Positions 15,845 to 24,227 of a stretch of DNA of 32,000 bases are shown here, piece after piece; the stretch's first letter is position 1; every line of letters begins with the position of its first letter. Under the pieces are notes generated by a model. That model saw only the letters and a list, made by a program, of their open reading frames with translations. It was not told where the DNA came from and did not search any database. The position numbers were made by a program, and so were the translations under genes. The stretch covers positions 81,759 through 113,758 of the forward strand of contig CAVPTU010000036.1 of NCBI GenBank assembly GCA_963708565.1, given 5' to 3'. The DNA is from an uncultured Alphaproteobacteria bacterium. Its GTDB lineage: Bacteria > Pseudomonadota > Alphaproteobacteria > Acetobacterales > Acetobacteraceae.

Positions 15845-16906
15845 ATGAGACAAGCCTTGCTGTTGATCGTCTTGGCGCTCGGTTGCGGTACAGCGCTCCC
15901 TGCCGCCGGCCAACAGATCCTTGGTTCGGGTTCCACTTTTGCCTATCCCATCCTGGCGAAATGGTCCGAGGCCTACCAGCAGGTCGGTCACGTGCAGATC
16001 CTGTATCAGCCGCTCGGCTCGAGTGGCGGGCTCACCGAAATCAGGGCCGGCATCGTCGACTTCGCTGTGTCCGATGCTCCGTTGGACAGCTACCAGCTAT
16101 TGCGCGAGGGACTTGCTCAGTTCCCTGTCGTCTTTGGCGGCATCGTACCCGTGGTCAATGTCGACGGGATCGCGCCAGGTCAATTGCGTTTCAGCGGCCA
16201 ACTGCTCGCCGACATCTACCTCGGCAAGGTGAAGAACTGGAACGATGCGGCCATCGCTGCCGTGAACCCGGGCGTTCAGTTGCCGAGCCGGGCAATTCTG
16301 GTAATCCACCGGTCCGACGGGTCGGGAACCACATTCAACTGGACCGACTACCTCTCCAAAGTGAGCGATGAATGGAAAGTTAGGGTGGGCGTCGGTACCA
16401 CCGTCGCGTGGCCGACGGGAATTGGCGGCAAGGACAACAGCGGCGTCGCGGAAGACGTTGCTCGTGTGAAAGGTGCGATCGGCTATGTCGAGTTCGGCTA
16501 CGCGCAGCGCAAGAAGCTGGCCTACGGGCTCGTCCGCAATCGGGCCGGCAATTTCGTGCCGCCGCAGATGTCGAGTTTCGAGGCGGCCTTGGCCGACGTC
16601 GACTGGGCGCAGCTTCGCGAATTTTACGTTGCGCTCTCGGATTCCCCCAGGGCGGACGCATACCCGATCATGGCTACATCCTTTGCCCTGATCCGCAGAT
16701 ACCCAAAGGACCAGGTGCGCAACCGAGAAGTCCTGGAATTCTTCCGTTGGACGCTGGAGGACGGCCGGGGCATGGCAGCCTCACTGAATTATCTGCCGCT
16801 GTCGCCCCCGCTTGCGCACGAGGTCATGGGCTACTGGGAAGCGAACTGGGGACCATCCGCCACGGCACCATCCAAGAAATCGGACGGCTCACAGGCACCA
16901 GGCTGA
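15845..16906 (+). CDS. pstS: phosphate ABC transporter substrate-binding protein PstS (no pstCAB follows)
   Basis: Collinear with E. coli PstS as I recall it: GSGSTFAYPILAKWSEAYQ, GSSGG, DFAVSDAPL, HRSDGSGTTF, GAIGYVEFGYA. MRQALLLIVLALGCGTALPAAG at ATG 15845 is a signal peptide. The track start 15752 adds an unlikely 31-aa extension. Confidence 0.9.
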   Translation: MRQALLLIVLALGCGTALPAAGQQILGSGSTFAYPILAKWSEAYQQVGHVQILYQPLGSSGGLTEIRAGIVDFAVSDAPLDSYQLLREGLAQFPVVFGGIVPVVNVDGIAPGQLRFSGQLLADIYLGKVKNWNDAAIAAVNPGVQLPSRAILVIHRSDGSGTTFNWTDYLSKVSDEWKVRVGVGTTVAWPTGIGGKDNSGVAEDVARVKGAIGYVEFGYAQRKKLAYGLVRNRAGNFVPPQMSSFEAALADVDWAQLREFYVALSDSPRADAYPIMATSFALIRRYPKDQVRNREVLEFFRWTLEDGRGMAASLNYLPLSPPLAHEVMGYWEANWGPSATAPSKKSDGSQAPG

Positions 16907-17026
16907 CCGGCAGGGTGAACCACATGCCGCTGCCAGGGCAGGCGCCGGCGCGCGGTTAGCGCGTGATGCCCGGGGGCGGAATCGCCGGAGCGCTGAATCA
17001 CGCGATCAAACAAAGAGATAGCCCGG

Positions 17027-17052
17027 GATGAGCGCGCCTTTGTGCGCTCATT
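17027..17052 (-). terminator. candidate terminator hairpin
   Basis: ATGAGCGC (17028-17035) and GCGCTCAT (17044-17051) with an 8-nt loop. On the minus strand it is followed by a moderately T-rich stretch. Sits 10 nt downstream of the stop of 17062..17298. Confidence 0.3.
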
Positions 17053-17061
17053 CCGCGCCAG

Positions 17062-17298
17062 TCAGGTGAGGCTCCTGCCGGTGCGGGCACGTAATCCGGC
17101 ATTCCGCCTGGCGGCAGCAACCTCATACCTTTCGGCCAACCGCAGCAGGGCCGCCACCACGTCAGCAGTGGTCGCTGTCTCGGCCATCCGCCGCACTTCG
17201 GCAGCCTTCGCCAAAAGCTCCGCCGGCGTCCGCTCGGAGATAGGAACGTATCCATCCATCCTGGCAGCATAGCCGAGCGCTCCTTTCCGGATGGTCAA
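17062..17298 (-). CDS. small alpha-helical hypothetical protein (member 2 of the family)
   Basis: 78 aa; alternative start MDGYVPISERTPAELLAKAAEVRRMAETATTADVVAALLRLAERYEVAAARR. Aligns without gaps to the 490..714 product. Confidence 0.55.
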   Translation of the reverse strand: MTIRKGALGYAARMDGYVPISERTPAELLAKAAEVRRMAETATTADVVAALLRLAERYEVAAARRNAGLRARTGRSLT

Positions 17299-17510
17299 CT
17301 CAACGTTTCCGGAACGTCACATCTGCGATGGCCCTCTTGTGACCACCCTCGCGTGCGCGGCACCGGCCGACGCCTGTCGGGAGTGCGCCCTTGCCCCCGC
17401 AGAGCCCGAGCGCCAACATCCCTATAACGCGATAGAACGATCGAGCGACCGCCACGGAAACCTGGCACCTGATCAGCGTTGCCGTGGCCAACCACGGAGG
17501 AGACCCGCAG

Positions 17511-17720
17511 ATGCCAGAGCACGTTTACAAGGTCGTCGAGATCGTCGGTTCATCCGAGGAGAGCGTCAGCAAGGCGATCGACCGCGCCATCGAAAAAGCC
17601 GCCCTCACCCTTCGGAATATCGGCTGGTTCGAAGTTGAGCAGGTTCGCGGGCACATCGAAAACGGCAAGGTGGCGCACTATCAGGTGACCCTGAAGCTGG
17701 GCTTTCGCCTGGACGAGTAA
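17511..17720 (+). CDS. dodecin-family flavin-binding protein
   Basis: MPEHVYKVVEIVGSSEESVSKAIDRAIEKAALTLRNIGWFEVEQVRGHIENGKVAHYQVTLKLGFRLDE matches the dodecin pattern in full. GGAGGA sits 10 nt upstream of ATG 17511. Confidence 0.85.
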   Translation: MPEHVYKVVEIVGSSEESVSKAIDRAIEKAALTLRNIGWFEVEQVRGHIENGKVAHYQVTLKLGFRLDE

Positions 17721-17739
17721 TCGACCCTCACCGGCAAAG

Positions 17740-18904
17740 TCACGCGTGAGCCAACCGCGAAAGACGCGCCGCACCCTCCGCGGTCAGATATGCAACCTGT
17801 CCGCCGGCAATCGTCGCGACGACGCGTGGGATCGCGGGATCGACCAGCACCACGTCGGCGCGCAGTCCCTCCGCGATCGCGCCGCGATCGGCCAGTCCCA
17901 CCGCGGCCGCCGGGTTGGTCGAGACCAATCCCCAGGCCTGCGGCAGATCGAGCACGCCGCGGCTCGCCAGCACCATGGCCGCGCGCAACATCGCCGGGTA
18001 GAAATAGTCCGACGACAGCACGCTGCATATTCCCGCTTCGGCCATCCTCGCCGCGGATGCCCAGCCAAGATGCGATCCGCCGCGCACCACATTCGGGACA
18101 GCCCATCACCACCCAGTCGCCGGCGGCGCTGGCTTCCTGCGCAACCTCCTCTGCCATGGGGAAGTCGCAGATGCGCGCGCCTTGCGCGCGAAACGACCGA
18201 CGCGTGACGACCTTCGCATCGTCGTGGCTCGCCATCGGCAGACCGGCCTCGCGTGCCGCGGCGGCAAGCCGTTCCAACGCTGCGGGAACGGCAGGCGCGC
18301 GTGCACCCACCTGTTCGGCGAGCGCGCGGAAATCATCGAACTTCATCCCGGCACGATCGCTGTATTTCGCGCCGATCACCGGGTTCTGCACATGCCGCAG
18401 GATCGGCGGCGTGTGATCATTGAAAGCCAAAAGATGCACGCGGCCGGCAGCGATATCGGCCAACGCGATGTCCAGAGCATCCAGGTTGTATGCCTCCCAC
18501 CGCAGATGCACCCGCATGTCGCAGGTCCAGCGACGTCGCCTCCAACGCGTCGAGCAGTGCCTGCCAGGCGGCGAGGCTGCGCAGGCCCGGTTCCCACGAC
18601 AGCGTCACGCCATGGAACGCCGTGGTGATGCCGTTCGCCAGCAACTGCGCTTCCGTGTCGTGCAGCGCGATATCGGCAGCGAAGCCGACGCCCGGTCGCG
18701 GCTGCAACTGCCGCTCGAACGCATCGCCATGGAGGTCGACGATTCCCGGCAGCACCAGCAGACCGCGCGCATCCAGCTCCGCGCCGCGCCCGTCGCGGTC
18801 GATACCCGGCGATGACGCCCGTCCTCCAGCATCAGGTCCACCGTCTGCTCGCCATCCGAGCCCAGCAGCACCCGCCCACCCGTGATCCGCAGCCTGTCCA
18901 TCAC
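17740..18904 (-). pseudogene. second phnM-like amidohydrolase (ribose 1-methylphosphonate 5-triphosphate diphosphatase family), at least 3 frameshifts
   Basis: Four minus-strand ORF pieces in three frames read collinearly with the intact PhnM. They are MMDRLRITGGRVLL...LEDG / GIDRDGRGAELDARGLLVLPGIVDLHGDAFERQ...LDALEA / CDMRVHLRWE...MASHDD...DWVVMG / PNVVRGGSHLGW...SSDYFYP...RADVVLVD. Frame changes lie near 18800-18818, 18523-18537 and 18094-18103. Confidence 0.85.
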
Positions 18905-18912
18905 TCTCGCTC

Positions 18913-19647
18913 TCAGGGTTCGAAGACGATCTGCACGCGCGGCGTTGGATAGCGCGACAGGCCGAATTCCACCACCGTGCCGGCCCGATCGACGTTGATA
19001 TTCTCGGTGACCAGCAACGGCCGGTTGCGCGGCATCCGCAGCAGTTCCGCCTCCTCCGCGTTCGGCAGCCGCGCCGAGACGCGGGTGAGCTGCCGCAGAT
19101 AGTCGGTGACTCCGACCGCCTTCAGAGCCTCGGTGATGGTGGGCGCCGAACGCAGGGCATCGAGCACGCCGCGCAACCGCGCCGCCGGGAAATAGTGCTG
19201 CGACAGGCTCACCGGCCTGTCATCGGCAAAGCCCAGCCGTTCCAACAACACGACTCGGCCGCCAGCCCGAATGCCCAGGCCCGCCGCGACATGCGAATCC
19301 GCGGCGGTTTCCTTGAGCTGCAACAGACGCCCGGACGGCTCCATGTTGTGCCGGCGGATCCACTCGGAGAAGCGCGTCCGCGCCTCGACCGCGTATTCCA
19401 GCACGTCCTCGGCGACGAAAGATCCGCGGCCCTGCTCGACCCGCACCAGTCCGCCACGCGAAAGCTCCTCGACCGCGCGCCGTACCGTGTGGCGATTGAC
19501 CCGGAATAGCTGCGCCAGTTCGGCCTCGGTCGGCAGGCGGCCGCCCGGCGGATACACGCCGGAGCCGATATCGTGCTGCAAGCGGTTCGCGATCTGTCGC
19601 CACAGCGCAACTCCGTCCTGGCGCAGCACCGGCTCCAACGACGTCAT
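18913..19647 (-). CDS. phnF: GntR/HutC-family transcriptional regulator PhnF
   Basis: Winged-HTH LPTEAELAQLFRVNRHTVRRAVEELSRGGLVRVEQGRGSFV plus a UTRA-like C-terminal domain. I prefer start ATG 19647 (MTSLEPVL) or 19662. The longest start, 19728, would overlap the palindromic operator. Confidence 0.85.
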   Translation of the reverse strand: MTSLEPVLRQDGVALWRQIANRLQHDIGSGVYPPGGRLPTEAELAQLFRVNRHTVRRAVEELSRGGLVRVEQGRGSFVAEDVLEYAVEARTRFSEWIRRHNMEPSGRLLQLKETAADSHVAAGLGIRAGGRVVLLERLGFADDRPVSLSQHYFPAARLRGVLDALRSAPTITEALKAVGVTDYLRQLTRVSARLPNAEEAELLRMPRNRPLLVTENINVDRAGTVVEFGLSRYPTPRVQIVFEP

Positions 19648-19717
19648 TGGAATGTCATCCATGCGGACGTCCAACCATGCAACTCCCGACTTGACGATAG
19701 CGGTATCCCGGGCTAGC

Positions 19718-19727
19718 TGTCTAGACA
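19718..19727. promoter_or_regulatory. candidate PhnF (HutC-type) operator TGTCTAGACA in the phnF-phnG divergent region
   Basis: Perfect 10-bp palindrome. Its core GTCTAGAC fits the HutC-subfamily GT-M-TA-K-AC pattern. A TTGACG (-35-like) lies at 19691-19696, 17 nt before a weak TAGCTG. Confidence 0.45.
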
Positions 19728-19750
19728 TCCGAACAAGCGCAGGCGCTCAC

Positions 19751-20210
19751 ATGCCCGATGCAGTGCCACCGGATCAACCGCACGCCTCGCGGCAACGTTG
19801 GATGGCGCGTACTGGCCCGCGCCGATGCGGCCGGCCTCGGCCAGCGTCTTGGCGTGCTGCCGCCCTATCGCGTGCTGCGCGGACCCGAGGCGGGACTGGT
19901 CATGGTGCGTGGCCGCGCCGGCGGCGGCGGAGCGCCCTTCAACGTGGGCGAAATGACCGTGACACGCTGCACCGTGCGGACGCAGCACGGTCTGGTCGGC
20001 CATGCCTATGTCGCGGGGCGCAATGATCGGCTGGCGGAACTGGCGGCGCTGACCGACGCGCTGTTGCAGGACCCGATGCGACAGAATGCATTGATGCAAC
20101 AGATCGTCGAACCGCTGGCGGCAATACAGCAGGCGCAGCGCGACGCCGTGTCGGCAAAGGCGGCGGCGACCCGCGTGCAGTTCTTCGCCATGCGGAACAT
20201 GCGATCATGA
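19751..20210 (+). CDS. phnG: C-P lyase core complex subunit PhnG (N-terminal frame irregularity near 19808; uninterrupted ORF is 19758..20210)
   Basis: VLARADAAGL...YRVLRGPEAGLVMVRGRAGGGGAPFNVGEMTVTRC is PhnG-like. The conserved RQRWMA segment is encoded from ATG 19751 in a different frame. Confidence 0.85.
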
Positions 20211-20788
20211 GTGCGACGATAGCGCTGCCCGGCTTCGCCGAACCGGTTGGCGAGGCGCAGGCGACATTCCGTGCAGTGCTCGATGCGATGGCACGACCGG
20301 GCAAGCTGCATCGCGCCGGCGCGCGGCTGACCGCGCCCGCGCCCCTCGATCAGGCGACCGCGGCGGTGCTGCTGACGCTGGTCGACAACGAGACGCCGCT
20401 TTGGCTCGAACCCGCCGTCGCGGCGGCGCGCGGTTGGCTCGCATTCCATTGCGGGTCATCGATCGTGGATGTGCCGGGCAACGCCGCGTTCGCATTGACA
20501 TTGTCGCTGCCGGATCTGGCGGCATTGCCGGCCGGTTCACACGAGGTGCCGGAGAGTTCGGCGACGCTGATCCTTCAGATCCGCGCCCTCGGCACCGGCA
20601 AAAATTATCGCTTGTCCGGCCCTGGCCTGCGCGAGCCGGCGCTGTTGGCGGCCGACGGCCTGCCTGCGGACTTCGCTGCCGTCTGGCAGCGCAACCACGC
20701 GCTTTATCCTTGCGGCGTCGACGTCGTTCTGTGCGCCGGCACGAGGCTCACCGCGCTGCCGCGCAGCGTATCCATCGAGGAGGCGTGA
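20207..20788 (+). CDS. phnH: C-P lyase core complex subunit PhnH
   Basis: 193 aa. FRAVLDAMARPG..., ATLILQ and ALYPCGVDVVL are typical of PhnH. ATGA overlap with phnG. Confidence 0.9.
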   Translation: MSATIALPGFAEPVGEAQATFRAVLDAMARPGKLHRAGARLTAPAPLDQATAAVLLTLVDNETPLWLEPAVAAARGWLAFHCGSSIVDVPGNAAFALTLSLPDLAALPAGSHEVPESSATLILQIRALGTGKNYRLSGPGLREPALLAADGLPADFAAVWQRNHALYPCGVDVVLCAGTRLTALPRSVSIEEA

Positions 20789-20791
20789 CCG

Positions 20792-21883
20792 ATGGCCTAC
20801 GTCACGGTCAAGGGCGGCGAGCAGGCGATCGACAATGCGCACGCCTGGCTCGCCGAGGAGAGACGCGGCGATCAGGCGGTGCCGGAGCTGTCGCTGGCAC
20901 AGATCGCCGGCCAGCTCGGCCGCAGCGTGGATCGCGCGATGGGCGAAGGTTCGCTGTATGACAGAGAACTCGCAGCACTGGCCGTGAAGCAGGCGCAAGG
21001 CGATCTGATCGAGGCGGCGTTCCTGCTGCGCGCCTACCGCACCACGCTACCGCGCTTCGCGCATTCGCTGCCGGTCGAGACCGCCGCGATGCAGATCAGG
21101 CGGCGCATCTCCGCGATATTCAAGGACCTGCCGGGCGGCCAGGTGCTGGGCCCGACCTACGACTATACGCATCGGCTGCTCGACTTCGGCCTTGCCGAGG
21201 AAGGCCGCGCGGGCCCAGCACGGTGCAGCGGCGAGACAATGACGGCGATGCCTCGCGTGCCCGATATTCTCGGCAACGAGGGACTGATCGAACCCGACGG
21301 AAACGGCGCGGCCGAGCCCGGCGACCTGACACGCCAGCCGCTGACATTTCCCGCCGCGCGCGATGTGCGGCTTCAGGCCCTGGCACGCGGCGACGAAGGT
21401 TTCCTGCTGGCCCTCGGCTACTCGACGCAGCGCGGCTACGGCGGCTCGCATCCTTTCGCCGGCGAGATCCGCATGGGTGAAGTGTCGGTGGAGATCGAGC
21501 CGCCCGAACTCGGCTTTGCCATCGACATCGGCGACATCACCGTCACCGAATGCCAGATGGTCAATCAGTTCAAGGGCTCGAAGACCACGCCGCCACAGTT
21601 CACCCGCGGTTATGGACTGGTGTTCGGCTTTTCCGAGCGCAAGGCGATGGCAATGGCTCTGGTCGATCGCGCCATGCGCGCCGAGGAACTCGGCGAGGAA
21701 GTGACCGCGCCGGCGCAGAACGTCGAGTTCGTGCTGTACCACGCGGACAACATCGAGGCGACAGGTTTCGTCGAACACCTCAAGCTGCCGCACTACGTCG
21801 ATTTCCAGAGCGAGCTCGAGAATGTGCGGCGCCTGCAACGCGAGGTCGCGCGCACCGCGGAGCGCGCAGAGGCAGCGGAATGA
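20792..21883 (+). CDS. phnI: C-P lyase core complex subunit PhnI
   Basis: 363 aa. MAYVTVKGGEQAIDNAH...DLIEAAFLLRAYRTTLPRF...GYGGSHPFAGEIRMGEV. Confidence 0.92.
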   Translation: MAYVTVKGGEQAIDNAHAWLAEERRGDQAVPELSLAQIAGQLGRSVDRAMGEGSLYDRELAALAVKQAQGDLIEAAFLLRAYRTTLPRFAHSLPVETAAMQIRRRISAIFKDLPGGQVLGPTYDYTHRLLDFGLAEEGRAGPARCSGETMTAMPRVPDILGNEGLIEPDGNGAAEPGDLTRQPLTFPAARDVRLQALARGDEGFLLALGYSTQRGYGGSHPFAGEIRMGEVSVEIEPPELGFAIDIGDITVTECQMVNQFKGSKTTPPQFTRGYGLVFGFSERKAMAMALVDRAMRAEELGEEVTAPAQNVEFVLYHADNIEATGFVEHLKLPHYVDFQSELENVRRLQREVARTAERAEAAE

Positions 21884-22747
21884 AGGGCTACAACTTCGCC
21901 TACCTGGACGAGCAGACGAAGCGCATGGTGCGCCGCGCGCTGTTGAAGGCGGTGGCGATTCCGGGGCACCAGGTGCCGTTCGGCTCGCGGGAGATGCCGC
22001 TGCCTTACGGATGGGGCACCGGCGGAATTCAGGTTACGGCATCGGTGCTGGGCGCCGATGATGTGCTGAAGGTCATCGACCAAGGCGCCGATGACACGAC
22101 CAATGCCGTCTCGATCCGGCGCTTCTTCGCCCGTACCGCCGGCGTGCGTACCACGACACGTACCGCGGATGCGACGGTGATCCAGACGCGGCATCGCATT
22201 CCGGAGAGGACGCTGCGCGACCACCAGATCATCGTCTATCAGGTGCCGCAGCCGGAACCGCTTTTCCGGCTCGAGCCGTCGCGCATCGAGACGCGCCGCA
22301 TGCACGCACTGGCCGACTACGGGCTGATGCATGTGAAGCTTTACGAGGACATCGCCCGGTTCGGCCAGATCTCGATCAGCTACGACTACCCGGTGCTGGT
22401 GAACCAACGCTATTTGATGTCGCCGAGCCCGATCCCGGCATTCGACAACCCGAAGATGCACCTCATGCCGGCCTTGCAGTTGTTCGGTGCCGGGCGCGAG
22501 AAGCGGATCTACGCGATTCCACCCTGGACCGAAGTGCACTCGCTTGATTTCGACGACCATCCGTTTCGGCCGATCCGCGCGCCGCAGCCCTGCGGCCTGT
22601 GCGGGGCGACCGAACTCATATCTGGATGAGGTGGTGATCGATGACCGTGGCGGGCGGTTGTTCGTCTGCTCGGACACCGATCACTGCGCGGAGCGGCGCG
22701 CCGCCGGTCATGTCGGCGCCGATGGTCTCAGGGAGGCCGCGGAATGA
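21880..22747 (+). CDS. phnJ: C-P lyase catalytic subunit PhnJ, reading frame broken near 22612 (uninterrupted ORF ends at 22629; the C-terminal segment continues in another frame to 22747)
   Basis: MKGYNFAYLDEQTKRMVRRALLKAVAIPGHQVPFGSREMPLPYGWGTGGIQ... is collinear with E. coli PhnJ as far as CGLCGAT. NSYLDEVVIDDRGGRLFVCSDTDHC is encoded from 22613 in the next frame and ends in an ATGA overlap with phnK. Confidence 0.9.
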
Positions 22748-23520
22748 CTGACGAAATTCTGCTGTCGGCCCGAGGCTTGTCGCTGTCGTACGGCGCACTC
22801 ACCGCGCTGATCGATGTGGACGTCGATCTCTGGCCAGGCGAGATCTTGGCGGTGGTGGGCGAATCGGGTTCCGGCAAGACCACGCTGCTGAACGTGCTTT
22901 CAGGCCGCCTGCCGCCTGACGCCGGCGCCGTGTGGTACCGCGATCCGGCGGGGCATCTGCACGACGTCAACGCGATGCCCGCGCCGGCGTTGCGCACGCT
23001 GCATCGTTCCGACTGGGGCTTCGTGCATCAGGACCCGCGGCAGAACCTGCGGATGAACGTCACCGCCGGCGGCAATGTCGGCGAACGGCTGATGGCGCAG
23101 GGCGCCCGACACTATGGCAATATCCGCACCCAGGCGATCGACTGGCTGACGCAGGTCGAGATCGATGCCGACCGCGTGGACGACATGCCGCGCACCTTCT
23201 CGGGCGGGATGCTGCAACGGCTGCAAATCGCGCGCACGCTGGTGACGCATCCGCGTCTGGTGTTCATGGACGAACCCACGGGATCGCTCGACGTATCGGT
23301 GCAGGCGCGGCTGCTCGATCTGATCCGCTCGCTGGTGACGCGACTCAGGATTGCCGCCGTCCTGGTGACGCACGACATCGGTGTGGCGCGGCTGCTGGCG
23401 CACCGCATCATGGTGATGCAGCGCGGCCGCGTGGTGGAGCAGGGACTGACCGATCAGGTGCTGGACGATCCGCAGCACCCTTACACGCAGTTGCTGGTCA
23501 GCTCGGTATTGCAGGCATGA
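22744..23520 (+). CDS. phnK: C-P lyase system ATP-binding protein PhnK
   Basis: 258 aa. Walker A GESGSGKTT, signature FSGGMLQR, Walker B VFMDEPT. Confidence 0.92.
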   Translation: MTDEILLSARGLSLSYGALTALIDVDVDLWPGEILAVVGESGSGKTTLLNVLSGRLPPDAGAVWYRDPAGHLHDVNAMPAPALRTLHRSDWGFVHQDPRQNLRMNVTAGGNVGERLMAQGARHYGNIRTQAIDWLTQVEIDADRVDDMPRTFSGGMLQRLQIARTLVTHPRLVFMDEPTGSLDVSVQARLLDLIRSLVTRLRIAAVLVTHDIGVARLLAHRIMVMQRGRVVEQGLTDQVLDDPQHPYTQLLVSSVLQA

Positions 23521-24227
23521 GCGGCTCACCGCGATTGATGTTGCGCACCGACGCGCTGACGAAGGGCTTCACGCTGCATCTCCAGGGTGGCGTGCGGATT
23601 CCCGTCCTGTCTTGCATCGGCCTCGACCTGCATGAAGGCGAATGCGTCGTGCTGTCCGGACCGTCGGGCGTCGGCAAATCCACGCTGCTGCGCAGCCTGT
23701 ATGGCAACTACCGCGCGGATGCGGGTCACATCCTCATCCGCCATCAGGGCGAGATGGTCGATCTCGCCGTCGCCGACCCGCGCACCATCCTCGCGGTCCG
23801 TCATGCGACGCTTGGCTATGTCAGCCAGTTCCTCCGCGTCGTGCCGCGTGTCCCCGCGCTCGATGTGGTCGCGGAGGTCCTCGTCGAGCGCGGCAGCCCA
23901 CAGGATCAGGCGCGACGGCTCGCCACCGATCTGCTGCTGCGGCTGAACATTCCACGCCGGCTGCATGGATTGCCGCCAGCCACGTTCTCCGGCGGGGAGC
24001 AGCAGCGCGTGAACCTGGCGCGCGGTTTCATCGGCAACCATCCCGTGCTGCTGCTCGATGAACCCACCGCCTCGCTCGATGCCGAAAACCGCGCCGCGGT
24101 TGTCGCCATGATCAATGAAGCGAAGGCTCGCGGCACCGCCATCATCGCGATCTGCCACGACGCGGAAGTGCGCGATAGGATCGCCGACCGCCTGTTCGCC
24201 CTGACGCCCTTGCAGGATGCCGCATGA
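23517..24227 (+). CDS. phnL: C-P lyase system ATP-binding protein PhnL
   Basis: ATG 23517 in an ATGA overlap with phnK. GPSGVGKST, FSGGEQQRV, LLLDEPT. The track ORF 22932.. is only an upstream in-frame extension. Confidence 0.9.
   Translation: MSGSPRLMLRTDALTKGFTLHLQGGVRIPVLSCIGLDLHEGECVVLSGPSGVGKSTLLRSLYGNYRADAGHILIRHQGEMVDLAVADPRTILAVRHATLGYVSQFLRVVPRVPALDVVAEVLVERGSPQDQARRLATDLLLRLNIPRRLHGLPPATFSGGEQQRVNLARGFIGNHPVLLLDEPTASLDAENRAAVVAMINEAKARGTAIIAICHDAEVRDRIADRLFALTPLQDAA

Noticed and set aside
17463-17482. Sigma-54 promoter TGGCAC...TTGC upstream of the dodecin gene
   Set aside because: The spacing between TGGCAC and TTGC is 10 nt rather than the required 5, so the -24/-12 geometry is wrong.
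22600-22630. Programmed ribosomal frameshift in phnJ
   Set aside because: No slippery X-XXY-YYZ heptamer or downstream structure surrounds GCGACCGAACTC. PhnJ is a single uninterrupted ORF in characterised systems.
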